DNA of 64,000 nt, taken from the human T2T-CHM13v2.0 reference genome, Homo sapiens. The first letter of the stretch is position 1. Each line of letters begins with the position of its first letter. This document shows, one piece after another, positions 36,520 through 52,848 of the stretch. The notes below the pieces were generated by a model, which saw only the letters and a list, made by a program, of their open reading frames with translations, was not told the DNA's origin and did no database searches. Made by a program: the position numbers and the translations under genes. Location of the stretch: NCBI RefSeq assembly GCF_009914755.1, contig NC_060947.1; one strand, written 5' to 3'.

Positions 36520-36920
36520 ATTAACCACATTTCCTCTTCTTTCTGAGTACATAACTGGACTGCATTTCCCAGCCTCCTTTGCAGTAAAGTGTGGCCATAC
36601 AAATGATTTATAACCAGAGGTGTGTAAAGGAAAATAATGTATGGTCTTTCAAGCTTGACCCATTAAAATACTGTGCTTGCCATCTTCCATTCTATTTTCT
36701 AGTATGCTGTCTGTACACTGACTCCCAGGGTGACCTTGGGAATCATCTACTGAAGATTCAGAGTTGCTAGCAGCCTGTGCCCCTGAATAACTGTGTAGAG
36801 CAGAAGTCCTCCTACCCCATCACCCTCCACAACAGGAATTCAGTAAACAAATACCCTTTTGTGTGAAGCCACTGAAATTTTGGGGTTGGCTTGAAACAGA
36901 AGTTAGCCTATTTGAACTAA
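36520..36920 (+). mobile_element. Old MaLR LTR (MLT1J-like)
   Basis: gactgcatttcccagcctcctttgcagt...ccctgaataactgtgtagagcaga...aagccactgaaattttggggttg. Confidence 0.7.
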
Positions 36921-37687
36921 AAATTATCACATTGATGTCGTTCTCACAAACATCTTACTAGTTCATTAAATGGAGAGACCAGGGATTAGCCCTCCTATTC
37001 CATCTTCCCATTAGAAATTTGATCTAAGATTTCCAATGCCATTTAAAATAAGAGTAGAAGGCTTTGGAACTACGGTTTTTAGCCTATTTATCTTTACCTC
37101 CATCTTCTAACATAACTAAAAAATTTTAAATAAGAGTTATTAAATTCCTTCCAAAGGCAGTTCAGCTTCCAAAAGAGTTCTCAGGTTAGAGAGCAACTCT
37201 TTAACAATAGTGTAGACCTCATTGTTCAGGAAGCATCCTCTTTGTTGAAAATATAGCAATAAGACCAATAGCAATAATTTAGTTGTATAAAAGACAAATT
37301 GAATTTTAAATTCAAAACATTCAAAGTTTGGCTTTGAAGATCTCTCAAAATCCCATTAAAGATGCATAGAATCTCCTATCAAAACAGCACTTTATAAAGT
37401 GGATAAAATGGCTAGGATGCCAAGGATATTTCATTTGAATATTTAAGATGATTGATTCATAGAAAACCAGAGCTATTGTGAACATTAAATATCATCTAGA
37501 TAACTCCCTTTAGCTTAGAGATTGGGAGTCTGAGCTGCAGAGAGACTGAGTGATTGGCCTGAAGTCACACAGAAAGTGGCACATTCAGGACAAGAGCTCA
37601 GATCTCTTGATTCTATGCACTAGCCTTAGAATAGGAGGCCAACTTCTGAAGATTCTACATGAGTGAGAGAAAGAGAGACAGAAAGTG

Positions 37688-37734
37688 AGTGTGTGTGTGT
37701 GTGTGTGTGTCTGTTGTGTGTGTGTTGTGTGTGT
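37688..37734. repeat. (TG)n microsatellite, interrupted
   Basis: Directly visible. Confidence 0.9.
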
Positions 37735-38335
37735 AGCCTGCACATGGAATTTAAATTAGAAAGAAAAAATGATAGCTTGTTGGTTGTTTCATACAGTAAG
37801 AGAAACTAACCAGACTGAGCCCCTTAAAATACCTTATCAAGTGGGAAGGCATTCATGACATCCTGGCTGATTTCAGATAATTTTCCTAGTCAATATTTTG
37901 TCCTATCAGAAAACATAATATCTTATTATAAGAAAATGAAGTTTCCTTTACCGACTAGTTTTATGTAATTAGAATTGTGAGCTTCTGACTAAAAAAAAGG
38001 GCAGATCTCTTTCCCGAGAGCAAGACATTATTTAGAAGCCCCTAGATCCTCGGAATTATTTTTTCCCCATAACAGCTCGGCAGAGTAATTTCTTGGAATT
38101 CTTAATAAAAGTTCCTAATCTTTACATTTTCAACAACATTTCTTATTCTCAAGATATAATATTTACCACCCAGTACAGTAATGGTGATTTAGTGGTCCTT
38201 TGTTAACCAATCTGGAAAGAAAATGACTGACAGTATAGCAAAATATAGTGGAAAGTGCTATAGATAAGAGAGAAGAGCCCAAGATTTTAATAAACTACTA
38301 AACTGTTTATTGGCTGTTTTGTCTTGGGTAGGTTA

Positions 38336-38960
38336 TGATGAGAGACCAAGTACACCCTCTCCAAAAATAACTATGCCTGAATCTCAGAATTTGTGAATAT
38401 GTTATCTTACATAGCAAAAGGGAATGTGTTTTGGTAATTAAGGGTACAAATCTTAAAATAAGGAGATTTTCCTGGATTATCTGGATGGGCTCAATCTAAT
38501 CACATGAGCCCTTAAAAGCAGAAAATCTTCTCAGGCTAAAAACAGGAAATATAAAGCAGAAGGAGAAATCAGAGAGATTTGAAGCTTTAGAAGGACTCAA
38601 CCCACCATGCTGACAGTGAAGATGAAAGGAGTCACGATTCAGGAAATGTGGATGGTCTCTGAAAGATAAAAGCAACGTCTCACCAGCAGCCAGCAAGGAA
38701 ACGGTGACCTCAGTCCTATAGTTATATGGAATCCTGCCAACAGCTGAAATTAGCATGAAAGAGAATTTTCCCCTAGAACCGTCAGATAAGAACACAGACC
38801 AGCTTACACTTTTGATTTCAGCCTTTTGAAACCTGGAGCAGAGAAGCCAGTCAAGACTACCAGGACTTCTGACTCACAGAACTGTGCGATAATAAATTTA
38901 TTTCATTTTGAGCCACTGAGATTTTGGTAATTTGTTACCCAGCAATAGAAAACTAATGCA
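38336..38960 (+). mobile_element. MaLR LTR (MLT1D/E-like)
   Basis: tgtgaatatgttatcttacatagcaaaaggg...cctggattatctggatgggctcaatctaatcacatgagccctt...gcaatagaaaactaatgca. Confidence 0.85.
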
Positions 38961-39402
38961 GTTTTTTAACATTTCCTTCCTTATTTTCTTTTTGATTAAA
39001 TGCCTTAACTTCCAGTTTTATTTGAGTTATGACACAGGTGGAATTTTCTTTAAAATAGTCTTATGATATAATAGAAGAAGAAAAGGTTTGTGAGATAAAA
39101 TCAGCATGTACAGTCATGAGCCCCATAAAGATGTTTTGGTAAATGATAGACTGCGTATGGATAGTGGTCCCACAGGATTATAATGGAGCTGAAAAATTCC
39201 TATCACCTAGTGATGTCATAGCTGTTGTAATGTCATAGCACATTGCATTACTCACACGTGTTGTGGTGATGCTGTTATAAACAAAACTACCGCACTGCTG
39301 GTCACATAAAAGCATAGCACATTCAATGATGTACAATACTTACAACTTGATAATGAGAATAAATGGCTTTGTTACTGGTTTATGTATTTACTATACTTAC
39401 AG

Positions 39403-39509
39403 TTTTTTTTTTAATTATACTTTAAGTTCTAGGGTACATGTGCCCAACGTGCAGGTTTGATACATAGGTATGTGCCATGTTGGTTTGCTGCACCCATCAA
39501 CTCATCATT
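39403..39509 (-). mobile_element. Very short L1PA 3' end fragment
   Basis: poly-T then attatactttaagttctagggtacatgtgc...ttggtttgctgcacccatcaactc. Confidence 0.85.
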
Positions 39510-39761
39510 ATTTTAGAGTATACTACTTCTACTTATATTTTCAAAAGTTAGCTGTAAAACAGCTTTAGGCACATCCTTCAGGAAGTATTCCAAAAAAGGC
39601 ATCATTATCATTGCAGATGACAGCACCATGCATGCTTTTGCACCTGAAGATCTTCGAGTGGGACAAGATATGAGGGTGGAAGACAGTGATACTGACTATC
39701 CTCATCCTGTATAGACCTGGCTAATATGTGTATGTTTGTATCTTCATTTTTAACAAAAGAG

Positions 39762-40363
39762 TTTATTTATTTATAATTTTTTTTTATTTCTATGGATTTA
39801 GGGATGGAAGTGCAGTTGTGTTACATGGATATATTGCATAGTGGTGAAATCTGAGCTGTTAGTGTACACATCACCTGAATAGTGTACATTGTACCCAATA
39901 GGTAGAGATTCATCCCTCATTCCCCACCCTCTCTCCCACCTTTGTGAGTCACCAGTGTCTATTATTACACTTCGTATGTCCATGTGTACCCATTGTTTAG
40001 CTCCCACTTATAAGTGAGAACATGTATTTGACTTTCTGTTTCTGAGTTATTGCACTTAGGATAATGGCCACCAGTTCCATCCATGTTGCTGCAAAGGATA
40101 TGATTTCATTCTTTGTTATGGCTAAGTAACACTCCATTATATATATATGACATTTTAATCCAATTATCTATTAATGGACACTTAAATTAATTCCATAACT
40201 TTGACATTGTGAATAGTGCTGCAATAAACATTTGAGTGCAAATGTCTTTTTTAATATAATAATTTATTTTCCTTTGGATATATACCCAATAGAGGGATTG
40301 TTAGATTGAAAGATAGTTCTATTTTTAGTTCTTTGAGAAATCTCTATAATGTTTTCCATAGAG
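39762..40363 (-). mobile_element. L1PB-type 3' end
   Basis: tacatggatatattgcatagtggtgaa...cccacttataagtgagaacatg...ttctttgagaaatctc. Confidence 0.85.
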
Positions 40364-40783
40364 ATTATTTAAAAAGTAAAAGTAAATAAGTAAATAAATA
40401 AATTTTAAAATAAAAAATTATAGAATAAGAATATAAAGAAAGAAAATAATTTTTGTACAGCTGTAAAATGGTGTTTGTGTTTTGTGCTAAATGTTGTTAC
40501 AAGAGTCAAAAAGTTTTTTTAAAAATTTAAAGTTTATAAAGTAAAAACATTACAGTGTGCTAAGATTAATTTTTTTTGAAGAAATAATAATTTGTAAAAT
40601 AAATTTAGTACAGCCTAGGTATACAGTGTTTATAAAGTATAGTAGTGTACAATAATGTCCTAGGCCTTCACATTCACTCACCACTCACTCACTGACAGCC
40701 AGAGCAACTTCTAGTCCTGTAGGCTCCAGTCATGGTAAGTGCCCTACAGAGGTGTACCATTTTTTTAAATCTTTTAAACCATA

Positions 40784-43379
<2,596 letters not shown>

Positions 43380-45739
43380 GCATATTGTTACTGTAACTTT
43401 TCTATGTTTAGATGCACAAATACTTACCCTTATGTTACAATTGTCTAAGGATGCAATACAGACAGTAACATGTTCTATAGATTTGTAGCCTAGGAGTGAT
43501 AGGCTGTACTACATAGCCTACGTGTGTAGTAGGCTATACCACCTATGGTTGTGTAAGCACATTCTATGCTGTTTGCACAATGACGAACTTGCCTAACAGC
43601 ACATTTCTCAGAAAGTTTTCCTATAGTTAAGTTACGTATAACCATATCCTATTTAACAAGAGAAAATATCTCAAGTATCTATGCCATCCTTTTCTCCTCT
43701 CTCTATTTTATGCTTTTCTTACCTAGGCATAGGAAGAAATGATCAGGGCTAGTTTGTAAGAAAGATTTTTCTACTGATATTCTAGAATTTGGAAAATAAA
43801 TTATATCATCAGGACTGTGGTCCAATTATACCCAAGACTAAATATTCACTGTTCTTATAAAATTTAAGGAAAATTATATTTTCACATCTGTGGGTACTAT
43901 TTACCCCTTATATGCTTTGAACTTATTGTATTAATTTTCTTCCACTTGTGGTAAGAATAAATTGGGTAGTCATAGGGCTGATTAAAAGAAGATCCCCATA
44001 GAAGGAAACTGAGGAGTGCAAAGGAAATTGATTGTATCTTTCACTTCCTGGGAATTAGAATAGCAAAGTAAGCTTCATAGAACAATAAGACTGAGAAAAC
44101 ATGAAGACTGCTTCCAGCCAGCTTAGGTAGGTCAGAATATACAGATATCATCTTACCTTGGGGCTAACCATATCTCCTGTTAATTTAGGAAAAAGAGAAC
44201 TTTCCCTATTCGTAAATCTCCATAGAATAAAACTATCTTTGCTAACCATAAGTTCCAATTCCAATGAATCTTGATCTTATCTGTTGCTTCTTGTGACATT
44301 ATTATGCAGCATCATGTCTCTTTATTGGAACTTCTCTTTTATTATCTGTCACAGCTGTCACACAGATCACACAGCCTAATTCCCAGCTTGAAGTAATCAG
44401 GAGGTTCATTTTGGAGTTGTGACTATCTGGATCACCTTCGGTGACCATTATAGAAGCTTGGATTTACACACACGGTCTTGTCTGTTTGGTTTTCATCCAA
44501 TTAAGTGTGCTATTTTTCATATTGTTATGATTCTGTCAATTGTATAAAATATTCTTATGTGCAGTGGTTGATATTATACAGAATATTGCTTTTCTCGTCT
44601 GTGAATGAATTTCACGACAAACCTGATTTTGTCACTTTTGTAATTGCTGTGGTTGCTTTCAGCAACATCTGCCTTCAAAACTGCAACCCACAGAAGAGCA
44701 TCTTTCTATGATAAAAATTTGGACAGAATATTCTGCATCACGCCATTTGATTTTTTTTTTTTTAGTGTTCTAGTAACCTGTATTTATGTTAGCTAGGTTA
44801 CTGATGAACTTTATAGTTTTTGTAAATTACTGCATCAAGAGACCTGGACTGCTCTTGGAACCACTATTAATTGGCTTTGTGATTAAATAGTATTCACTTA
44901 GCCTCTCTGTGTTTGTTTTCTCATCTGAACTATAGAGATAAAAGTGTCTCACACATTTGTTGGTCTTAAAACTATAATTGATTTTCTTCGGCAGGGTAAA
45001 AGTGTCTCATGCAATCTATTTCCCTGAAAGAGAGAGAATGAAGAAAAAAATAGACTGACTTGCACCTTGTTCAGTAGCTCTTCCTTTGTCTCTCAAGATT
45101 GTGATGGATGATAATGTATTGTTCAGTAGTAACATTAGGGATTTTGAGAGGAACAAGAACAGAGCTCATAACCCAATTTTATTCATGCTTGACTGTCACC
45201 ATATAACAAGCTGAGAAAATCCCCATGATTCCAGGTATTTGAGCAAAGTTTCCATGGGCAACTGGCTTCTTCCTTATGGATTTGAAAAGTACTAAATTTC
45301 TATAAGTAATAATTCGAGGCTACTAGGCAAATAACCAAACAATATTTCGTGCATAGTATAACACTGACTGATACTGAAACTCAAGGAAAAAGTGAAGTTG
45401 TATATCTAGTGAACTTAGAAATGCAAATACTGGAATGAAAATGTTCACTTATGTGGCCCTGAAAATTAAGAATATTTTTCCATTCATTTTGTCTTAAAAT
45501 GAGCAAGAATGCCTGGCATAAATAAACAATGGTAAGCTAAGCAAAAAGTTTGCAAGAACTGTTACTTATTGAACCTATTACTCTGCTATGTAATTTTGGG
45601 ATCCAGGAATGGAAGACTTGGTTTGCAACCCAGGTAGAAAAGCAGAATTTGTTAAAGACTCTTTCATACAAAAACAACTACTAGAGAACAGTGTGAAATG
45701 ATACAGAATGCTATGTTTGATGACTTAGCATTTCAGCAA

Positions 45740-46200
45740 ATGGATTACTTACAGCTTCCATGAAGAAAACAAAATTTCTTAACCAAGAATCCAAGACCTT
45801 TCAAAATCTGACTTTAACTTTCATTAGTCTCATTTGCCTCTATCTATCAAAAGAACCATCCACTCTAGTCATTGATCCCTACACATGTATTTTATGACTT
45901 CCTGAGTTTATAATTGTTTCTCTTTGAATGAAATACCCTTCTCTGCTTGGTAAACACTGACTTACATTCAAGACTCAGCTCTCCCATTCCCTCCTCTGTG
46001 AGTTATTTATCCATGTCTTATCTTCTCCATCCTACACTTTAGCACTTAGAACATTTAGATCTCTTTGTTTATGTTTCTGTTTGCAAGTGCAGAGCAGGTA
46101 CAACATCTTAAATCTCTCTATCCTACCAAGCTATCAGCAGAATGTTTGACTCATAGTTGGTGATTAATAAACATTTGTTATTTGTTCACCTATTCAATTA
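45740..46200 (+). mobile_element. L2 fragment
   Basis: cattcaagactcagctc...ccctcctctgtgag...catagttggtgattaataaacatttgtt. Confidence 0.65.
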
Positions 46201-46559
46201 AACCATACGAAAGTTTGGAAAGATAAGGTAATGATAAGTTGATGAAGAAAACTTGCATATCTACCTGAGGAGTTTGGGATTTCTCCTACAGAAACAGGGA
46301 GCCACAATAGATTTTTTGAGTGGAAAAGTGGAATAATGGAAGCATCTCTGTAGGGAGATGATTCTAGATGTGGTGCAACAGGACAGAAGGATGGAGAGGG
46401 TTTCTAAGAAGGTAAAGACATAGCAGTAAAATAGATCTTAGCAAGAACTTCAAATTGTTTAATGGATTTATATGTATCTATTTGTATACTTTAAAATATT
46501 TTAAAATCACAGAGCCATTCAAATAAGTATTTGAATCACTTATTGCATTTCATAAACTT

Positions 46560-48440
46560 TGTATGTAAAATTATTTAGAAATAATTTTAGTTTCACAGAA
46601 AAGTTGCAAAGATAATAAGACTTTACACTCCTCAGCTAATTTTCCCCATGGTTAACATTTTACATTTCTGCAGCATATTTGTCAACACTATGGAACCAAT
46701 ATTCATACATTGCCACCAACTAAATTCCAGACTTTATTTGGATTTCACCAGTTTTTCCATTAAGGTCCTCCTTCTGTTCCAGGGTCCAATGCAGGGTGCC
46801 ACCATGCATTTAGATATGATGTCTTCCCAGTTTCCTTTGCTTTGTGATATTTTCTTAGTCTTTCTGTGTTTTTCATGGCCTTGAAAGTCTGGAGGGATAT
46901 TGTAGGTGTCTTGTAGAATGTTTCACAATCTGAATTTGTCTGCTGTTTTTCTCATGATTAGACCAAAGTTATGGATTTAAGGGAAGAATATCACAGAGAT
47001 GAAGTGCCTTGCTCATCATATCTATGAGAGTTTACATATCCATATGACATCACTGATGTTAACCTTCACCACTTGGTTAATGTACTGTTTGCCACATTTT
47101 ATTATATTATATTTATTACTTTTATTATAAAGTTCTTATTTTTCCCTTTCCCTACTCTAATCTCTGGAAGCAAGTCACTAAATCTGGCACATGCTAAGTG
47201 GAGATGGGGCGGGCAGTAAGTGGGAGGATGAGGGATGATTAAACTCTACCTCCTTGAAGGGGGAAGTATCTGCATATATTATTTGGAGTTTCTTTGTTAA
47301 AAAGGATGTTTCTCCTTACCTCTACTTATTTATTTATTTAATAATTTATTAATATCACTATAGGCTAATGTATATTTATTTTACACTTTGGGTTTTAATT
47401 CAGAACTACTTTACTGATTTTGTTGCTCAGATTTTTCCAGTTTGGGCCTATAGTTGGCTCCAGTGTCCCTCTAGCATAGTCTTATCATTGCTAGTTTTTC
47501 TTTGTCAAGGAGGGCACTTCCTTACTTTCTGCCATTACAAGATGCTCCAGGCTCATGTCATATATTCCCCACTCCAGCCCTACAATCAGCCATTTCTCCA
47601 TGGAGCCCTCTTTCCTTTTATTGAAAAATGGTGTTTAGAGACCACGATCTATGTGCTGGCTGTGCTTATTGCTACCGAACTGTCATTGTTTTTAGGCCCT
47701 TTTGGTGGACACAGCAAGAAAATACATCTGTGTATACTAAACCATCTATATAAACATATCAATAAATATTTCTGTGTATTGATTAATACCTATATTAAGC
47801 TAAGCATGATTTCATACAGATGTCTCCAACTCCAATCCAGTATCACATGGTATATTCTTGCCTTCCCCCCAAACTTGCTTATTTGTAACTTACCACTCCA
47901 ACATTAAGAAACCTGGCTACCACTGCGCACCATCCATTTACTTATTTATTTAACCCAGGATACATAGACAACAGGGTTAGAATTATTAACTTGTACCTCC
48001 ATGAGAAATAAATTTACCAACTAGAGTACTGTGCTTACATAATATCTTTTGTTTTTAGTTTTACAGTTTTCAGTCAGAACATTATTTTCCAATGTTACTT
48101 AGGTCAGACCACTTTCCCCACTCCCTTTAGTGAGGCCATATTATACATTTGTAAAAGAGATAGATTCATTTTTCACAGTCTGTATTCCATTGTGAGATAC
48201 CCTACATCCTGACTGATTTTATTTTTTAGTTTGCGTGCATTAAAATTCACTCTTTGTAATGTACAATTCTATGGGTTTGGACAAATGCATGTAAATAGTT
48301 TTTGACCACCCCAATATAGCACAGGTATTTCACTCTAAAAGTAAGGAACAATTGTTTCACCCTAAAAGTTCCCCTGTGCATCCTCTTTGTAGTCAATCAC
48401 TCTTACAACCACTGACAATGACTACTCTGTTTTTCTCCCA
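46560..48440 (-). mobile_element. L1MC-type 3' region
   Basis: ttagaaataattttagtttcacagaaaagttgcaaagataat...agatgctccaggctcat...tacaatcagccatttctcca. Confidence 0.75.
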
Positions 48441-48469
48441 CATATGATATTTTAATAAAGTAATTTGTT

Positions 48470-48900
48470 AATCAATTGCTGTTATTTGTCTCTCCTATGT
48501 GAATATAAGCTCCATGAAGGTAGGAACCATGTATCTTGTACATCACGATATGCCTTCTAACTAGGAGAGTACTTTGCACATTATAGGTGTTTAAATATTT
48601 GTTGAGCAAGTGCATTAATGATGAACTAATGAATAAAAGTAGATTTTTTTTTAGACTTGATAATGCCTTTTAATAAACTATATTCCAGTGGGCACTGGAG
48701 ATTCAAAGACAGAACATGAACTCTTTCTTCAAGGAATTCACACTTTAGTCAAAGGACAAAACATGCATACAAACTACTGCAATGCATATTAGACTGTGCT
48801 AAATGTTCCAGAAGAGTAGTAGAAAAAGAGTTCAGGGAGGGAAGAACTTACTTCTAGATACAGCTGTCTGGTAAAGGTTTCATAGAGAATGTAGCAATTA
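48470..48900. mobile_element. Two L2 fragments in opposite orientation
   Basis: aagctccatgaaggtaggaaccatgt...aaatatttgttgag, then ccagtgggcactggagattcaaag...ttcaaggaattcacacttt. Confidence 0.65.
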
Positions 48901-49737
48901 ACTCACTTTAAAGGATTCTATTATAATTTGTTTGGATTTAATGTGAATTTGTTACTAAGGTGTATTTGCTGCAAACAGAACCCTGGTTCTACCATCTTTA
49001 TGAAGAGTATTGAGAGGGCTTAGAGTCTGACATGAAGGCCAGAGGGTATGAGTAGAGGACATGGTGATGTTTTGCGTATTTTTAAGCTGCTAAAGTTGTT
49101 AATTGCTTCAAGACATTTTTGTTCTAATTTTCCAGGTTGCTTTATGGTCTATGTTAGTTTAGCTTTGATGAAGACTTACTTTTTTTACTCCCTATCTGTA
49201 ATAAGGTCCTCAATCCTCTTTATCTTTTTGTTCAATTTCATATTGCATTGATTTCCTTTCAAAATATAAGAAGTTTCCATCTTTGGGGAATATACTATAT
49301 TCAAATGTGATTATTGCATTTGGGAAATATAACTGAACTGTACAGAGAAAATTATATCCAATATATGTTCAATGTCAAATATAAATCATATTCCTAGAAA
49401 AAGAGTAAATGCATGTCAGAGTATTTAACTGTATAAAAACACATTCTCAGGAGATAATTCTTCAGAAACAATACAGAAATGTGATGGCTGCTGCAGACTG
49501 TGTATTAACTACACAATCTGTTTTGAAGAGTGTTTCAGAAATAATCCCAACCCTCAGTGTAGCTCCATTGGCAGCTACATTTATTTGCAGTTAAAGCATA
49601 ATAAGCCAAGGGAAAGTAAAACTTGATTTCTTAGTAGGAATTGTATGTAAGCTTACAATCAATCATTAATATCTAAACCAGGTTTAATTTTTTGGATTAA
49701 CCTTAGTTCATTTTTGCTGCTATAACACAAAGATTAA

Positions 49738-50131
49738 CCTTAGTTCATTTGTGCTGCTGTAACAAATTACCTTAGACTGTGTAATTTGTAAACAACAGAA
49801 TTTTATTGCTCACAGTTCTGGAAACTGGGAAATCCAAGATCAAGAGACTAGAAGATTTCATGTCTGGTAAGAGTTCACGCTCTGCTTCCTTGATGCTTTG
49901 TTGCTGCATCATCACATAGCAGAAGGGTAGAACACTGTCTTCACATGGCAGACCCTTCTGCCAAGGGAATCCACTTAAGTGTCTTTTATAAGAGCATTAA
50001 TCTCATTTATGAGAGTGGAGCTCACATGATTTTATCACTTGCCAAAGGCACTACCTCTTAATACTATCACATTAAGTATTAGGTTCCAACATATAAATTT
50101 TGGGAGGACCACCAACTTTCAGACCATAGCA
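49738..50131 (-). mobile_element. MaLR solo LTR (MST/MLT1A-type)
   Basis: ctcacagttctggaaactgggaaatccaagatcaag...tttcagaccatagca. Confidence 0.85.
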
Positions 50132-51864
50132 CCTTACTAGAGGTCTGGGTCCTGAGAAAATGGATTGAAGTACAGATAAGTTTTGATGGAGGCAGATAAC
50201 AGGAAATGTCTGGAGGTCATGACACAAGATTTTGGGGCTGAGTGGAATATGCTATGAGTTTGGGAAGGAGATCTAAGGAATTTAGACATTTTGTGTATAA
50301 AGAATGCTAAGAAAGAGACAGTGGATTGCTTATATATATATATATATATATTCACGTGAAAGCATCTGTGGATATCTGATAACAAAATTCACAAACATTG
50401 GGCTAGGACTTGTGTGGCAGGAAAAGAGGAAAAGTCTAAAATAAGGTGAATACTACTACAACTTTGACTTCAAAGGAGATGCCACCAAAGTAAGAATCAG
50501 GCAAAAAGATAAATGACAAGTCCAGGTAAGTGAATTAAAGCAGGAAGGAACAAACAAACATTCTATAATTCAAATTTCAGGTACCACAATGATGTATGAA
50601 GAAAATACAGGCAGATAATTTAAATAGGAAATAACCTAAAACTCAGGGAACACTAAGGCACAACAGTAACAAATGTTCTGTTTCTGGATTGTTCTACTCA
50701 ATGCCGATGCTGGTGCCAGATTTCAGGTAGGCAAGAATTCAGATAGGTAGAGAAAATCACACCTGGCTACAAGGAAGGATGGACATCATAACCAGAGAAA
50801 ATACAGCTCCTGATAATACGTTTGGATCCTTTTTAGTTGAACTAGTTTTATTTTTGTATATGCTATCATTCTGATTCACAAAACAAAGTACACTTAAAAA
50901 TTTATAAAAGTTCAAATATACTTGAGCCCTAGCTCTGGTATTGCCTGAGCCTCTGATACTCCAATACACTTTAGTAAAAGGACAAAACATTCATACAAAC
51001 TACTGCAATACATATTAGTAGCATTATTAGCAATACATTGCTAATTTTGTAACTTTCCTTTATATTTACTTTCCAGATCTTTCAATTTACAAAGAAGTTT
51101 TGGAATTGTATCCAATTGTATATGATGAATTTGTACTTATTTAGTATATGGAAAGAGATGGGTGGATAGAACTTCTTATGGTAGCATATATCCTAACTTA
51201 TAGAAATTTAGAAATTGTTAGGAAAAGTTTTTCAACTGGTCAGGAGCATAAATTTTTCTCTGACCTCTTCTATTAATCTCCTCTTTGATAACCTTATCTA
51301 GTAACCAGACTTCAACCAGTACATCTAGGAAAGACTCTTAATTATCTTCCTCAAAGTACCCCCTTTCCTGATTCTTTATCTTTGTTAATTGGGCCACTAT
51401 CGTAGCATTGTCCATTTCTCAAAGCCACGTGTGCAAGGACTTTCATAATCTGACACCAATCTATTTTACCAGCATTATCTTCCACTCTGCCCTTAAAAAT
51501 CCTGTCCACTTCAGTTAAATTCTTCCATTTACTGCTTCCCAAGCAGTCTTTAAAAATTCTGTATCTCCATGCATTTGTTCATTCTTCCACTGTCTCCTTC
51601 CTCTTCTCTATCCATTAGACTTTTTCATTCTTTATGACCCAAATCAAATACTTGACATGAAGCTATGCCTGCCACTGCTCCCTCCTTAATGAAATGCATT
51701 TAATGCACTTCTCACTTGGAATATCAAATTTGATGCTTTTTCAAGCATCAAATTAAAATAAGTCTTCATTAAAATAATTTTTTACATGCAAAAATAATAA
51801 CCACTCTCCCTTTGCCATAGAACTATCCAAGCCACAACTACTTTATGCCTAGATTCCTGTAATA

Positions 51865-52734
51865 TCCTCTGAAGAAGAAAATTCTTTCTCTGTACACAAC
51901 ACTTTTGCCACCAAATGTGTGGATTTTCCACACCAAGCAATTCTCCAACTCCCTGCAGACACCAACTGAGTGTCCTACCATTTAATTAAATCTGACACTA
52001 AACTAACTAATCTGGACGTAGCTCAGACCCCATGGGTTAAGGGTTCAGTCCCGCAAGACTGCTCTCTCACTTCAGAAGTCAATTGCAAGTAGTGGATCCC
52101 CAGATTACCCACACTCCTGCCCAACCTGGCTACAAATCAGGGGCTCCCATGCCTCCCTCCTCGTGTTCAATAATTTGTTGAAATAGCTCACAGAACTTAG
52201 GGGAATGCTTTAATTTCTATTACCAGTTTATTATAAAGGATATATAGCTGAGGAACAGTCAAATAGAAGAGATGCATAAGGCAAGGCATGGGGGAAGGGC
52301 ACAGAGCTTCCGTGCTCTCTCCAAGCATGCCACCCTTCTGGCACCTCAGTGTGTTCACCAACCGGGAAGCTCTCTGAACCCCCTAGTTTAGGGTTTTTAT
52401 GAAGGCTCTATTATGTAGGCATGATTGATTAAATCATTGGCCATTGGTGATTCAGCCAATTTCCAGCGCCTTTCCCTTCTCAAAGGTCATGGGGTGGGGC
52501 TGAAAGTTTCAACCTTCTAATCACGTGGTTGGTTCCTCTGGCAATCAGCCCTCATCCTCCAAGAGTTACTTTATTAGTATAAACTAAGATATGGTTGCAA
52601 GGGGCATATTATGTATAACAAGAGTTGTTCCTCTCATCATTATTACTCAGGAAATTCCAAGTGTTTTAGGAACTCCCTGCCAAGAACAGGAACAAAAACT
52701 AAATATATATTTCTTGTTACATCACAATATCACA
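51865..52734 (-). mobile_element. MER21-type LTR
   Basis: Ends ctcaggaaattccaagtgttttaggaactccctgccaagaac...atatatatttcttgttacatcacaatatcaca, the reverse of the MER21 start. Confidence 0.85.
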
Positions 52735-52848
52735 TCCTTCTAATTGGTTTTGCTTCTCCCAGGCTCTCCTGCTTCCATTCACAATGCACACAGTGATCTT
52801 TATCCCCTTTGTAAAAAAACAAGTTGGATAATGGAATAGCCCTGTTTT

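Noticed and set aside
44150-44480. Possible lncRNA exon (minus-strand donor-like cttacct near 44152)
   Set aside because: Splice-like motifs alone are too common to support a call without transcript data.
47368-47907. 179-aa hydrophobic ORF, the longest in the track
   Set aside because: Lies in antisense T-rich L1MC sequence with no recognisable domain.
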